A stretch of 64,000 nucleotides of DNA, from NCBI GenBank assembly GCA_905178155.1, contig CAJINV010000007.1, forward strand, positions 4,428,258 to 4,492,257, read 5' to 3'. Below are positions 14,130 through 27,700 of this stretch, one piece after another. Every line of letters begins with the position of its first letter. Within the stretch, counting starts at the first letter, position 1. The notes beneath the pieces are model-generated. The model saw only the letters and a list, made by a program, of their open reading frames with translations. It did not search any database and was not told the DNA's origin. This DNA is from Amoebophrya sp. A120 (lineage: Eukaryota; Protista; Dinoflagellata). The translations under genes and the position numbers were made by a program.

Positions 14130-16000
14130 ATTACCGGGGCGCAACAAAAATTTTTGCTCATCTTTACGAATAATCACTCTGAAAGAATGTACACACAAGA
14201 GAAACGGATGCCGTCGGAGGGCCTAAGAATGAAAGGAGAATCAATAGCAGCTGCAGCGACCATGCGAAGGACATCTTTTGAGGTAGTAATGCTAAGGACT
14301 CGCCTGCCTCTGCCGAAGCATGACGGCGCGGTCGGAACGTAGGCGAGTACGAACATCGAATCCTCGGATTACGCCCCAACATAAGCCTGCACCAAATTCA
14401 AACGTAGCCCGCCTTGTTCCTTGTGCTGCAGTGGCAGCAGCTAATACGGAGAAAAAGTGCGCAAGCAATGGGAATGGCAACACTGACTGGGCGTGGCTGC
14501 AAAGCAACCACGCCCGGCCGTCCTGACAGACCGGCTTCGGTCACTACACTTGCTAATGGAACGGCTGCCGGAGAGGGCCACGCAGTCTCGGCCTGCGTCA
14601 TTGCACATGCATGGACAACCAACACAGGCCCGCGCGCCCTCGCGCCAAAGAGCGCGCGCCGGCCATCGGGGGCGAAACAGGAAAGATGAAAAAGGCAAGG
14701 GCCGGTGGGAAGGAACGGAACGACCGACCCGAGGGAGCCCGGCCGGCACCGGGCCAGAGAAACCCCACCCCCCGTCTGCTCACAACGCTGCTGCGCGCGC
14801 GCCTGTTTGTTTGCCGGCGGGGTCCCGTTAGTTGGTTTCAGATGAACAGGTCTGCGCGGGCGGCGCCCGGGCAGCAGGCCCAGGCCATAGGCATCGGGCC
14901 GGCGCCCCTGCCCGGCCGGGCCGCCCTGGGGGACGCGCGGGGGGGCCAATTTGCGGCGGCGGGCAGCGAATCAATTCGCGGGCCGGGAGGGCTGCAAGAG
15001 GGGGGCAAACAAAGAAGCGCGGGCGTTGCGCCAGGCGCGGCGCCTACCGCTCGCCCCCTGATGCGTGGCAAGGCTCTTCATCTTTTTGAACAAGGGGCCC
15101 CGACTCCACCACGGGCCTTGCTGCACGCCGCCAAATGCGCGCCCGCGGTCTTCAAGCCCGCCCAGAAGAGCAAAGTCCTCCGCGGGCTCGGCGAAGTTCA
15201 ACGCCGTCGAAAGGCTCTCCGGGGTCGGGCCCTGGCTGGCCTGGTTCCGCAAGAAGGCCACGGTCTGCGTGGTGCAATTGTCCAGGGAGGCGCTCCGGGC
15301 CAGCGGCCCTCCAGCTCCAATTGACTGCCTCGCCTCGGAGCTCCGCCAGGACACACTGCCCCTATTCTGCGCGTTTTTGGCCGCTCCCTCGTCCGCCTCT
15401 GTAGCAAGCCGGGCGGGCCTGGGGCCGGGCCTGCTGCAGCGCACGCCTGCCAAGCACCCGGGGCGCCAGCGGCCAAGCCCACACATCGGGGGGGCCCCTC
15501 CCCTCACCGCAACCAGCTGCGAAATCCTCTAACAATAGGACTAGGAGCGGTGAGGTTTTCGGAAGGTGGTTCCTGCTGAAAGGAGGACGGCTTTCGAAAA
15601 GTCCAACGCAGGGCCATAGGGGTCGTAGAACTCGCGATAGCAAAAAAGAAAAGCCACGGGCCGGGCCGGCCGGCCGGCGCCCGCCCATAAAGCACAACAC
15701 CGCGCGCCCTCCAGAGTGCGCGCGCCCGCCTCGTCGCAATGTGGCCGAAACGCACGGGGCGGCAGGGTTGGGCGGGCCACCACAAAAAAACAGGCGAACG
15801 GACCGCACCCGAAGGCGTCTCGGCGCAACAGACCAACCAGGCGCGCGCCCCCGCGCACACAAGGCCCACGCCGCGGAGGCTCGCGCGCGAAATCTCCCCG
15901 CTTCTTTGTTTGCTAGAGGCTTCTCCTGCACTTGCTACGACGTGCGGCGAGCCTGCATTTCATGCAAAGCGTTGCCCTAACATGGGTCACAACTTTTGCC
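14130..16000. other. GC-rich degenerate insert (probable decayed TE or gene relic) between the Bro1 and CDK genes
   Basis: Abrupt shift to GGCC/GCGC/CCGG-rich sequence with A/T runs. Many overlapping Arg/Gly/Ala/Pro-rich ORFs with no recognisable protein. Boundaries approximate. Confidence 0.45.
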
Positions 16001-16365
16001 GAACACTAAAGCCTGACACACCTGCCATCTTGTTGTGTCCTTCCTTGGTCAACAAGACGACTCAGAAGTGAGCGAAGCATGGCGCTCTCAATTGCGTGAC
16101 ATTATGCCGCGGTCTCGTTGTCTTATTTCAGGAGGCCCTAGATCGTTTATTTTCATTCTTCATGTACTCGAGATTCGTTCCTGTCACTAGTTTGAAAATG
16201 TCTTTTGGCGCACCTTAGCCTCCACAGAATTAGCCATCTCGGGACCAGACCGCGACAGCCAAAGTATTGAGGGTTCAACATCGCCGTCGAATAATCGGAG
16301 TAGTACACATCATAAATCAATAAATTTAAATTTTTTTATTCTTTCTAGTATACAATTACCACGCA

Positions 16366-18758
16366 CTACCGTTGCACAAATGGCAACGCGTTTGGTAACT
16401 TCACACTCCGTACCAGGAACGGATGATTTTCCAACAGGTCCGTCGCCGCGATTCGCTTGTTCGGGTCCAGCGCCACGAGAGAATTCAAAAAAGACAGACA
16501 CCCGTTCTGCGTTTCCTTCTCCTGCCTCACTAACTCGTACAAAGCCACGCTCCAGGAGTTGTTTCGGTCGTATAGTTCTTGCCGACCAGAATTATCTGCC
16601 TCGTTGCTTGTTCTACCTTGTTCACCTTCGCGATAATGTTGCTCCAACACTGCCGCGTTATTTTTACCTCCATTTGGTGCGGTGCGTCCCACAACAGCCC
16701 CTCCTATAGTTGTAGCAAGCGCTGCTGCGCCGGTAACGGTTCGTCCAGTAGCGGAAGTTCCATCTGCTCCTGCTGGAGCCGGGTTGCCTTCTGCTATCTC
16801 CATCCGTCGCCAATACACAGAAACCGGGATCATGGTCTGGTCCTCCTGGTGGCCGTTGTCCGTGTCCGAATTCACTCCAGCCCCCGGGATTGCCTGCCCG
16901 ACTCGCTCGATTTCCGGCCAAACGGACAGAATCTCGCGCCGGAACTTCTGTGCAGAGGGGATGGGCTTTTGGGTCAATTGCAGCTCTACCCGGACTTCAG
17001 CTCCGGTAGTAGCGGTACTAGTTGCAGCAGCCGGAGGTGCTGCCTGCGCAGGTTTTTCTGTTGTCATTGTACTTTGTCGTCCGTTCCTTCCACCATCGCT
17101 CATCCCGGCGGTGGTCCCGTACGAAAGCATGGAATTCAGGATCAGCGGAAGCTGTTCAAATTCCGACGGCGATTGGAAGAGAATGCTGCCGACCACCAGC
17201 TCCGCGAAAATGCACCCGACCGACCAGAGATCGATCCCGAACCCGTAGAAGTAGCTCCGCAGCAAGACTTCGGGCGCGCGGTACCACAAAGACACGACGT
17301 TGGGCGACATCGACCAGACCGGCTCGACATAGTTTGCGTGAGGCTGCAGGTGCTCCACGTTCAGGCCTTCTTGTTCAAACTGCGTTGTAGCAGATGAATC
17401 TTGTGGTCCACCACCACCAAGTATTCTTGCGTCTGTGCTTGTCCTCTCCACCGTCTTGATTTGGTCGCCTCGCTTCTCCTCGTTCATTTTTCCCAGGCCC
17501 TGCTCCGTTCGTCGCTTCTTCGAGGAGGGAGAAGCGGTTGATTTGAGCAGCAACTTTTTGTTGCCGTTGACCTTCCGCAGGAGCTCCTGCTTCCTTGCAA
17601 ATTTCTTCGGCTCCACTACCACTCTTAGCACCGATTCCTCCTTCTCCTCGTCAAAATCTTCGTGCCAGATCGGGTCGCCAACCGTGGATCCGGTCGCAAG
17701 ACCAAAATCCGTGATCTTCAGAAGACCCGTATTCGCGTCGCACAGCACGTTATCCGGCTTCAAATCCCGGTGCACGAGGTTCAGCTCCTCGTGCAAATAC
17801 GCACAGGCGGTGAGAATCTGCTTCATCATGCAGGCAATGTCGGCGTTGGTGAGTCGGGTAAAAGTCGTGTGGTAGTTATTCTTGTTGTGCCACCTATGAT
17901 CATCCGCCCCGCCGATCCCAAACGCTTGCCGGCTTGATGATGTTCCACCTGGTGGCGGTGAACCGGCAACACCAGAAGCAGAAGCTCCTCCAGAAGACCT
18001 CTCCAGCAAATCTTCTTTTCTCTTTTTCTCCCGGTACCTCTCCATCAATTGCACCACTTCCTGCTTCTTCTCCGCGATCAAGGCCGCGTTTTGCCGCGTC
18101 TCCTGGTTCGTCAAGTGCTCGATTTGCTGTTCCAACTCCGCGATGAAAACTGGGTACTTCAACAAGAATACCAGGTCCCGCTGGTGTTGCTCGATGCACT
18201 TCCGCAAGTTCAGGTCCAAAAACGGCATCACCAGGATCAAGTCCTTCGACTTCGCGTCCACGAACGCTGTCACCATGGAGATCAAATTGTCGTGCCTGCA
18301 GATCGACATCGTCTTCAGTTCGCGGATCGACGAGATGTGCAGCCCGGAGATTTGGGAGGACTGGGCCTTGATCTTCTTCAGCGCTACGGTGCTGGAAGTC
18401 AAATTGTCCCGACATTTGATCTATCAAATGCAAAAGTGTCTGGGTCTGGAAACTTGTGACGCAAGGACGGGAATAGTGAGCTCACTGTAATGATGCGCTC
18501 CACAGCATGACAAGTTTTTTTTCATGGTTCTGAGTTGCGTACTCCGCATAAGAAACTGCGTTTTTGCATGACAGGCAGGAGGAGCTCTTTGCGACCACGC
18601 AATACAGAGTTCAGAGTCATGCCAGACTAGCATGAAAAATCTCGCAATCTCCCAGACCCAGACATATTTGCAATCGATATGATCACCTTACCGTAGGTTC
18701 CCTCGCCGACGTGGCGCTCCAGGACCTCGAAGCGGTCGTTCTCGCCGTATTTCAACAT
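16366..18758 (-). CDS. Cyclin-dependent kinase (CDK7/CDK10-like), ~709 aa with long insertions; exons 18758-18684, 18420-16366
   Basis: GEGTYGKV, VALKKIK, GLHISSIRELK (PSTAIRE-equivalent), HRDLKPDNVL, DFGLA, VVSLWYRAPEVLL, IDLWSVGCIFAEL, LDPNKRI. Exon 1 is missed by the ORF track. Confidence 0.92.
18422..18679. mobile_element. Introner-like TIR element, family A, intron in CDK gene
   Basis: TIRs TATCAAATGCAAAAGTGTCTGGGTCTGG / CCAGACCCAGACATATTTGCAATCGATA. Perfect TSD TGATC. Internal homology to the 12919-13183 copy in inverted orientation. Confidence 0.93.
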
Positions 18759-19660
18759 TTTACCTTTAGAATTTTTTCAAAATAGTATCCAAATGAATCA
18801 ATTTAGGTGTCAAACTCGATGAAAAACTCTAACTCTTGTTTTTACTTTACACTTAAAAAAATGTTTATGCGAAACTTTATTTGCTTTTATTTAAGGTGAC
18901 ACACTATAACTCTGGAGGAGGATACGAAAGAAAGACCAGAGGAAGTCGTAGTAGTTGTCGCCTCAGTTGTGATTTGTTTCGATGTCGATTTGTTGGAAGC
19001 TGAGAAATATAAAGAGAGAACGGGAGCGAAGTGCACAGACTTAAAAAAGATACGTCAGGTACAACGAATAATCTATCAGTGGTCTTGCTCGATTTCTTTT
19101 TTTTTGTGTCAGAAGTTCGATAAAGTCGCTACAAGGAAGTAAGTACTCGCTGGTGTGTCGCTGTCGCCTGTGTAATTTGAAAAGAAAAATGTGAACGATG
19201 AAACAAAAAAATGCTTTTGGAACAAGGGATGCACCACACGCATCCTTCAACATCAACGCACGAATGGGAGTGGCTTTACAAAAATGAAGATCGTGATCGC
19301 GATTGTTTTACTGAGCCTGTTAACAACAACAAGAGCGAAAGACCTTGAGAAATGAGGATCCAAAAGAAGATCTCCACCTTCAAAATCCCGCTGAGATCCT
19401 TGCTCGAAATGATCATGTATGAACTGTTAGAGCGCCTGCACGAAGTATGATTCAACTCCAAATAGAACACTGATTCATTTTCTTTCATCCGTGCTGAATT
19501 TCTTGCAGGTACGATTCACAATATCTTTCCAATGGGCAGCGCCATGTCATTTTTCATGTGATCTGGCTCTGGGGGTCGTGGGCGCAGCACTCCCGGCAAG
19601 AAAGAGAGTTCCGCTTCCGAGCTTTTTGATGTCGCGATTGAAATATTAAGTAATCTTCTA

Positions 19661-20470
19661 TCACTGCAAACTGTGCCCCTTGGCCATCATGAGACTTTTG
19701 AGAATATTGCTCATTCTCGGCTGGCCCTTCTTGTTTCGCTGGTTTTCGCGCAAGTGGTTTTTCGTAAACCGTTTGTTCTTCGTTATCCTGCGCTTTTTCG
19801 AAAACTCCTTTTCCTGTTCCAGCTTCTCGTGTAATTCCTGCTGTTTTCTCCTCTCCTCCTCCTTCTGCTGTTGCAGGACTTTGCTAAAACGGGTTTTCTT
19901 CGCTGCAGGGTACGATGCTGTACTCCAGTCGTCGGCTTTCGAAGATGACTTTGCGCTGCTCATCTTCGCCTTGGACGTTTTTCTTTCAACCTTGCTCGAA
20001 GCTGCTGTGCTGGCGTTTTGCTCCGCGCTAGCACATTTTCCTATCGCGGTACCTGGCGCAGCACCGGTATCATTGCCGTTCGTCTTTCGTTTCTTCTTTT
20101 TCTTCTGCTTGTCGGCAGCGCTTGTCTCTGCTGCTGCAGTACTGGCATCTGCATTTGAAGTACTGGTAGCGGTAGTTGCACTTTTCTTGACCGATGGAAA
20201 CGCTAAATCTCGCTCGTACGCATCTTCGTCTACTCGACTGGAAAATTTGTCATGCGGATCTTCGTGTGCCACCCCTGTTCCGTCATCGTGTGCAGCTCCA
20301 TTTCTGTCACCAGCGTCAGAAGATATCCCCATCTCCTTCATGATATGCTTCTTCTGTCGGTTCCACTTGTTCTGCTGTTTTTTCGCCGTGAAGTACTTTT
20401 TCTGCCGCTCCTTCGCCACGTACGCGTTGTACGGAGCGCGCTTCTTCTTCTGGAAGTTTGCGCCCTTCAT
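19661..20470 (-). CDS. Lys-rich nucleolar rRNA-processing protein, Fyv7/CCDC59(TAP26)-like
   Basis: 269-aa Lys-rich ORF with C-terminal KKGQPRMSNILKSLM, resembling the GQP(x)M..I..L motif of the Fyv7/CCDC59 family (from memory). Confidence 0.65.
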   Translation of the reverse strand: MKGANFQKKKRAPYNAYVAKERQKKYFTAKKQQNKWNRQKKHIMKEMGISSDAGDRNGAAHDDGTGVAHEDPHDKFSSRVDEDAYERDLAFPSVKKSATTATSTSNADASTAAAETSAADKQKKKKKRKTNGNDTGAAPGTAIGKCASAEQNASTAASSKVERKTSKAKMSSAKSSSKADDWSTASYPAAKKTRFSKVLQQQKEEERRKQQELHEKLEQEKEFSKKRRITKNKRFTKNHLRENQRNKKGQPRMSNILKSLMMAKGHSLQ

Positions 20471-21708
20471 AATTTTTTTAGTTTGTCACAGTACTAGCAC
20501 AACACGAATTCAAAGTTTACCGTGATTAGCAGTTTCGTACAATGTATTGTATTTGATGTCGCAACAACAAAACTTAAAGAAGCAGGATAGGTCGCTGTGA
20601 CAGTGACATTGAAACACAAAAAAAAAATCGTTCGGGGGTAGTGGGACTTAAATAGAAATGCTGTCCCTATCAAGCACTGCTATTCCCTTCAACTTTTTTT
20701 TTCGTCCTTTCGGGATCTTCTAAATTTCTTTTCTCGATCGATCTGCTCCGCCAATGGATCTTTGACTCCTTCATTCTGAGCGATGTTTTTCTTTGGTTCT
20801 GGAGATTGGACTGTGCATCAACAGAACGCAAAGTAAATTTAGATCAGATCTGCATCTCACAAGTCAAGCTAGAAACATCACTACGAACGCGGCACGACAA
20901 GCACCACAGCATTCATTTCTCTTGATCGCGTGCAGTCGACCGTCGCTGAACAAAATTTCCATGCGATGTAGAGGAGTTCTGCCACAAACAGGGCAGGAAC
21001 CAGCTAGCGGATAACGCAACATCGCCCCTCTTCACTGGACTTTTCCTCGCTCCTTATTCATCTGGGGGTTGCTTCCTGCAAGTCTCGTTTCTTAATAAAA
21101 CACGTTTCTGCAAGTCTCTGTTAGTTGCTCCTGGTATACGTAATGGATATTCAGGGAGGCTGCAGGGCGCGAGCCTTTACTTTCGGGGACTTGCAATGTG
21201 TTTGCTTTTCGAACGTAAGCCTAGCGCAAGAGGAATAGTTAAGGTTTGCTCAATAAAAAAAACCTGGGCAAAACACAAGCTCCACTTTGGGATGTTGGGT
21301 TACATACTAGGAATTTCTACATTTTGTTTCTCCTACTCCTGCATCTTCGGAGCAAAACGAAACTCACACACGTCGGTCAGTACTCTTGAAGTGCTGAGCA
21401 TAATCTCGCGCCACTATTGTTCTGTGCCTTTAATTGTTCTACTCAACTTAAATACTGAGAATGCATCTTCAGCTGGTTATGGTTTCGTCGCTATATTTTC
21501 AAATAAGATCCGTAGGGAAAAATCCATCAACTTTGTCGTTAGGTGTCGTCTACTTGATGTACTTCATTTCATATTCTTGTCGTCATTAGATTTCACATTC
21601 TACTATGTGGCTTTCAGGATGGGGGTACCACCCTCTTTTGCCAACACATAGACATACCTCATTCTTCTTGCTCAAGTGTCCCACTCTTCAGCTCGTTCCT
21701 TGTTAATG

Positions 21709-24700
21709 TTATGCTCCAGAAGATGGAGGAACAGAAGCAGCAGAAGGCGAGCCCGGAGGTGGCAACACAACTGCTTCTTCTTCCACAATAGGGCGATAAT
21801 CTGGTAGGTGCCGCACCCGCGGCCGCATCAAGAAAATAACCGGCTCAACATCGCAGAGACCACCGTTGGAACCACTTTCAGCTCGTCCTTGACGAGCATG
21901 CCGCCCTCGCCTCAGTCTTCTTCTTGCAGCTCCTCCGGAATTGAACTTACTGCTGGCGTACAGCTTCTGCAGGTTTTCGCAAATCAGTTTCTTCGCGGTT
22001 TCAAACGCCGCAACAGAAGCTGGTGACAAAGATGATCCTCCTGGCGACGGCGAGGCTGCTGCCCCGGCTACTTGTTGCCCTTGTGGCGACTGTCGGTGCG
22101 CTTGGACAGATGCCGGATTGTGGTGGTAAAGCCAGGCTTGCCAGTTTTTCTCGATCGTTCGCTCCAATTCCTTGTACAGCTCTGCGTAGCTCAGATTCAT
22201 CACCGTCTTGTAGTACTTCTCCGTCCCGAAGATCGTGGGTAAGTACGTCAGAAAACACCGGCTTTGGTGCTGAAGATGATGATGGTGCTGCGCACCACCG
22301 TGGCTGCCTGCGTCAAACGCAGCTGGTGCTATCACCCCGTCCGCCCCGAAGGAAGACGCCAGCCCGTTATTTCTGTTTTGGTTTTTGGGAAAATAGGAAA
22401 CCGCAAAACAGTTCGGGTGCGCCTCACACTGCCGGAATTTCGTCTCGCACTCGCGGCCGAGGTGGGGAGAAGAATATGAAGATGATGCGCTAGAAGGTTG
22501 CTGGTCGTAAATAACATCTCCAGTGACTTGGTACGTCTGCCAGGGGAAGAAGTTCTTCGAATTTTTCCACGTATCGGGGTCTCGTTTCACCACCTGTTCG
22601 CTAAACTCAAACGCTGGCTGCAGGTAGATCCACTGTGTGGACACCTTTCTCGTCACAGAAGCATTCTGAAAAAGCGAAACCAGCGGGAGCGTTTCCTCGA
22701 AAGTTCGGGTTCCGGTGACTTGCTTTGCCGCGGGCTTAGGCTCCGCGGCCGCGGGCGTGGCACCGGCGCCAGCGGGGGCCGCGGCTTTTGGGGGAGCAGA
22801 AGAAGTCGCCGAGTCGTTATTCGCGGGATTATGCACTGCCGCGTTAGTTGTTCCGTCAATCTGCTGGCCAGCTCCCGCACCGGAAGCTGGAGCTGGATTC
22901 TGTCCCGTTCCTTGCTGTGCTGCTGCAAGACCAGCTGCCGCCTTCCCCGCCGGAGGAACTGTAGCTGTTGCTCCACCTCCACTTCGCTGTTCGCTTTCCC
23001 ACAACCCTCCATCGGGGGAAAACGCGACTGCCCGCCGCAAGACCGCGTCCGCTCGCTCGTGTTCTTTCGCCGTTTCATCCAACAGGCGCAACAGAAACTT
23101 TTTCGCCGACTTCGGAATCCGGATATCCGCGTACTCCTCCGCATTCCGGCCCGCCCGATTCTGCTGTCTCTGCCGCCGACACAGCTCCTGCGACGCGTTG
23201 CAGATCGAGTTTGAGTACGCCTGGTTCGCCGTGTCGGCCAGTTGCGAGTAGTCGCGTACCTGGAAACGCAGGTCGACGAAGTCATCGGGGTTCTCGCCCG
23301 GTTGCACGGACCCGGGACTCACCGGTGGCAAAACTCGGACCTTGTACCGCGTAAACCGCAAGTTCGTTCCGACGTATTTCTCCCCACCGTTCGGCACGTC
23401 ATTCTTCGTTAGAAGGAGCTGTCCGCAGTCGAGAGTGCAGTCGAGTTTCATGTTCGTCATCGTCTCTTCGTTCTGTCGGTTTAGAATGTTGTGGACGTTT
23501 GTCTCCCGCAACAGAAACTGGTAAACCTGCCGAATCGACGTGTGGCCTTCCACCTTTAGATCCCTCTCGATCCGCGCGCGGAGGTTCTTATCCTGCCCGA
23601 GTTTGAGCAGCGTACAGGGGACTTTTTCGTGGTACGCGTACGCACCGGCCTCGTTCTGCTCGTTCTCGTTGACGAACGCTTTCAAGAGCGAACGGATGTT
23701 CACGTGCAGGTCCAAGCTCAACGGTGGTGGGAAAAGGTCGTCTCGCGGGACAAGTGCCGCGGACGAAGACGATGATGAACCTGCAGGGGATCGTCCTCCA
23801 GGCACGGCATTTACTCCTCCTACCGGGCTTGCGGCTGGGGAGTGAAACTGTGGCGTCTGCTGCGGATCCTCGTCGTCAACAGCTGAAGAAACAAAAGCCG
23901 CATCCGATTCCTCCGGATGTAGAGCGTGCACCTCGAGTTGAAACGGTCTGCCGCGCTCCAGGGCGCTCAACTCCGTTTCCGTCTCCCCGACGTAATGCGG
24001 GTCCTCGACGCGGCCGAAGGCTGGCAGAATCAGCGGCAGCTTCGAGTTCGTTTTCGCTCGGTTCAGACTCTGCAGACTGGCGGATAAAATTCCATCCGGA
24101 GAAGAGCCATTCGTGCTCGGGCCTGAAGATCCCCCGGCCGCGGCGCCAAGCGTGGTCCCCGCGCCGTGGGGGAATTCTGCGTGAAGGGAGACCACCACCG
24201 GCTTCGAGCCCTGCCACGTTTCTGCATCGTCGGCGATGGCTAATTCCTGCAGCGAGTTGAACACCGGCATGTTGCTCTGTCGGAGATGCTCGAGCACCTT
24301 CATGGTCACCGAGAGCGGTATCGGGCTTGTTTGCATCTCCACGCAGCGACTGTGGACCTGCCCCATCTTTTCCAGCGTGAAAACGTGCTTGGAAAAATCC
24401 GAGTGCAGCGTCTCCTGCACCTCCGCGAGGGGGAGCAAAAACGGGTACGACGGGTCCGATACCACGTGCTGCTGCTGGTTCGCAAAATTCTGCGGCTTGG
24501 GAATCAGAGGATCGATCAGCCTGCGCTTTTTGTTATTATTTCCGTTGTTATTCCCGCCCGCTGCCCCGAGCGGTCTGTTCATTGCCGGAGGTTTGTTGTT
24601 CCCGACGACATTGCCGCCGTGGTTTCGGGCGAAAAAGCCAGCACCTGCAGCTCCCGGCTTGTTGTTTCCTCGGGTTGTTGACTTCAAACTTGTTTTCTTG

Positions 24701-27700
24701 ACGAGAAAGTTGATGTCGATTTTGTCGCCGGATTGCGAAAACGCAACCTGGGAGTGCTGTGAGCGGAGTCTGTCGGGCTTGAAAATCTTGTTCAGGATGG
24801 TCAGCATCTTGTTTCGCAGTTTTCGGTCCTTGTACAGCCAGCGGGAGACACAGTCGTCGAACTCCACGTCGTGCTTCAAATAGTTTTCCAAAAGGATTCG
24901 CTCCCCGTACTTCGTGCGGGTTCGCAGCTCCCTTATCACACCAGTGTTGAAAAGCACCTCCAGGATGATCACGGACTGGTTGTTTCGGCTGCTGCTGTTA
25001 TTGTTCATCCCTGAACCATTGTTTCCGCCAAACGACTGATGTCCACCACTCCCGTCTGGGTGCGGTGTGCCGGGCGGACTGGGCGACACACTGCCCGAAC
25101 CACTTCGCGCCGCCGCAAAACCCGCACGGGAGGCGAGCGTTTGCGCGAAGCTGGCCGGGACCTTGTCGACTTGCACGTACTCTAATCTCGTGATCACCCC
25201 CTTCGTGCGCTTTTTCACTTCGGATGCGCCGCAGCAGGTCTGTTCCAACCCCGTCGCTAATATATCTGTCCGGGCGATGACTCTCTGGCCAACGTACCAA
25301 CGCATCGGCCCGCCATTCGGACTTCCTCCGAACAAATTTGTGTATGGTGCCGCAAAAGCAGTAGAAGCCGCACCGCCACGGTTAATCTGTTCCGCGATAG
25401 AGGTCGCGGTCAGGTACAGCTGGTGATCCTGCGGACTTCTTGCGTTGTTGGGATTCGTTGCGCCTCCAAGACCTGCTGCGCCACTGAACGGCGTCGCGAC
25501 CCCGTCGAAGCTGGTCATGCGGCTGGTTCTGAACCCCGGATAGTAGAAGGTGCTGATCTGCGCACGCCAGATATCGTAGTCATAGAAATTCCTCGGGCGC
25601 CTGACCGAGGTAAACTTTGCGTTGAGCGGCACAGCGGGGCCGGGGTTGACGCTCGGGCTCGCGAAAGCTGCTGCTGATCCTTGTTGATTCATGTTATTCT
25701 GACTTACCAGCACCGGAGGTGGCAGCACATCGAAGTTCACTCGTACGGATTGGTTCAGCTGCAACTTCTCCAAAAAATTCAACCGGACGCCGTAGAACTC
25801 GGGAATGCGCTTGTAAAACCTGGAATGCGGATTCTCCTGCTTGGAAAACAGAATATCTGTTTCTGGGGTCCGCAGCCGCTGGTTCCAAAACAACTGGCTT
25901 TGGCTGTCTTGGTGCATCTGGGACGCGACTTGAGTCCTGGACAAGTTTGCAGCTTCCCCTTCTGCGGGTGTGGCTGATGTCGGCTGCTGGGCTGGATTGT
26001 TTGGCGAAGCAGGGGGAGGAGCTGTCGCCCCACCGGCACCGTTTGGTGCTGCAGCAGAATCAGCACCACCCTGTTGCTGTGCTCCCCCGGCGGCGCCCTG
26101 GGCACCATTCTCTGTCGAAGGCGAAGCGGCCGGCTGCGGCGGTTGGTGATTCCGTCCATTTGCGTTATTTCCCGCCGGTGTTGCGGATGAAGTGTCTCCA
26201 TCACCAGTCCCTCTGTAGTTCAACCCCTCGTCTTCCACGTCGCTCCAGCCAAAGTTCATGCTATTTTGGTCGTCTTCGATGGAGCAGCTGGGAGTCATCG
26301 TGGGATTGAAAAAATTTGGAAAGTTGATCGGCACTTCGAGATAATCGTCCCAGGTGACGCCGACCGAGGTAAAATCTTGCGCCATGTGGACGCGGATCTC
26401 GTTGTTTTGCTGCTGTTCTTGACCATTTTGGTTTTGCTGCCCGAGAACCTTGCGCAGCGGGTAGATTGTGTTGCTCTGCGGGTGTTGATGATGATCGTCC
26501 CCAGTTCTACTTCTTTCCGAAGCTCCGTAGTAGTCCAGCACCCGCATTTGGCAGAAGTTAGAATAGTAGAAGTTGATGAAATACGGAATGTACCCCATTT
26601 TCACAATGGCGCGCTCCATATACCGGTTGATGCTTCCAACGAGATCTATCGGGTACTGCGGATGGTCTCCTGGGGTGTTGTTATTCGCAGAATCTTCGGA
26701 CTGTGCATCGTCTTCGTTTGCAGCAGCACGACCTGCGGTAGCTGATTGGCCGGAAGGACGAGCGGGATCACTTCTTCTATTCGGCGCCGAACGGTCGTTG
26801 TGGTGTCCGTGGTCCGCGACATTTGGAAAACCGATGTGAACCTCAATGTCCCGCTTCGGCTTCTCCTCATAAGCGGCGCTCTGTTGCTGCTGCTGCTGTT
26901 CGTTTCGGAAGTTGTGGCCGCGATAGTGAAAGTTTGGATTTCTTCTCCTCCGCCGATTATTCAAGGGGTTCGCTGACTGGTCCCTTCTCATCTTCTGCAG
27001 CAACTTTTGCCGAAAGCGGCAATAGGGCCTATTTTTGAATTTCCGAGTCGCCAGCGCGCCCGCATCTGCTCCGGTGCGGCCCCTGTTTGTGTGATTGACG
27101 TTTTGATGCTGGTGCTGACCCCCAGCATCTGCTCCTTCTTGCGCCAGCCCGACGGCTCCCTGTGCGGCGATTTCTTCACAATCGCCGGAGCTGCTCGCGC
27201 TGAGCCGGTTGTTCGCGAGCTCCTCCTCTACCTCGTTTGGATTCGGCCGGTCGTGCACCCGGACGTCCATCCGCATGGACACCACGGTCGCCTTCCTTTT
27301 CCTGCTGTACAGAATCCGGATTTTCGACAGCCACTCGCGGATGAAGCGCTGCTGCGAGTAGGAGATGCTGCGATTGATGATGGCGTTGATTCCGTCCGTG
27401 GCGATCAGAACGGAGGACATGAACCGCACGAACAAATTTCCGCCCATCCCGAAGCCCGGGCCGTCGTTCGCATTCGGGTAGTTGCACGCGTGCGACGGCC
27501 ACAAGCTGCCGAAGATCTTGGCGTACAGCGAGCCCCCGCCGGAACAGAGCAGCACGGAGAGAAGCCGTCGCGGTTTGCGACCCATCTGTTTGGGGCGACG
27601 GGTGGAGGCGGCGGGATTGCTCTGTTGATCAGCTGCAGTGGTCCCAGAAGTGTTTCCGCCTGCTGTCGCCCCCGCGCTGTTAGTGCCGCCGGGTGAGGAT

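Noticed and set aside
14398-15980. Overlapping ORFs in GC-rich inserts as functional genes or a transposase
   Set aside because: Arg/Gly/Ala/Pro-biased frames expected from composition. No DDE, reverse transcriptase or tyrosine-recombinase motif recognised.
14025-16215. Possible TAT-type termini enclosing the GC-rich insert (TATGCCCAAGACAT vs ATGTCTTTTGGCGCA)
   Set aside because: The match is short and gapped, with no terminal ATA or clean TSD on the right.
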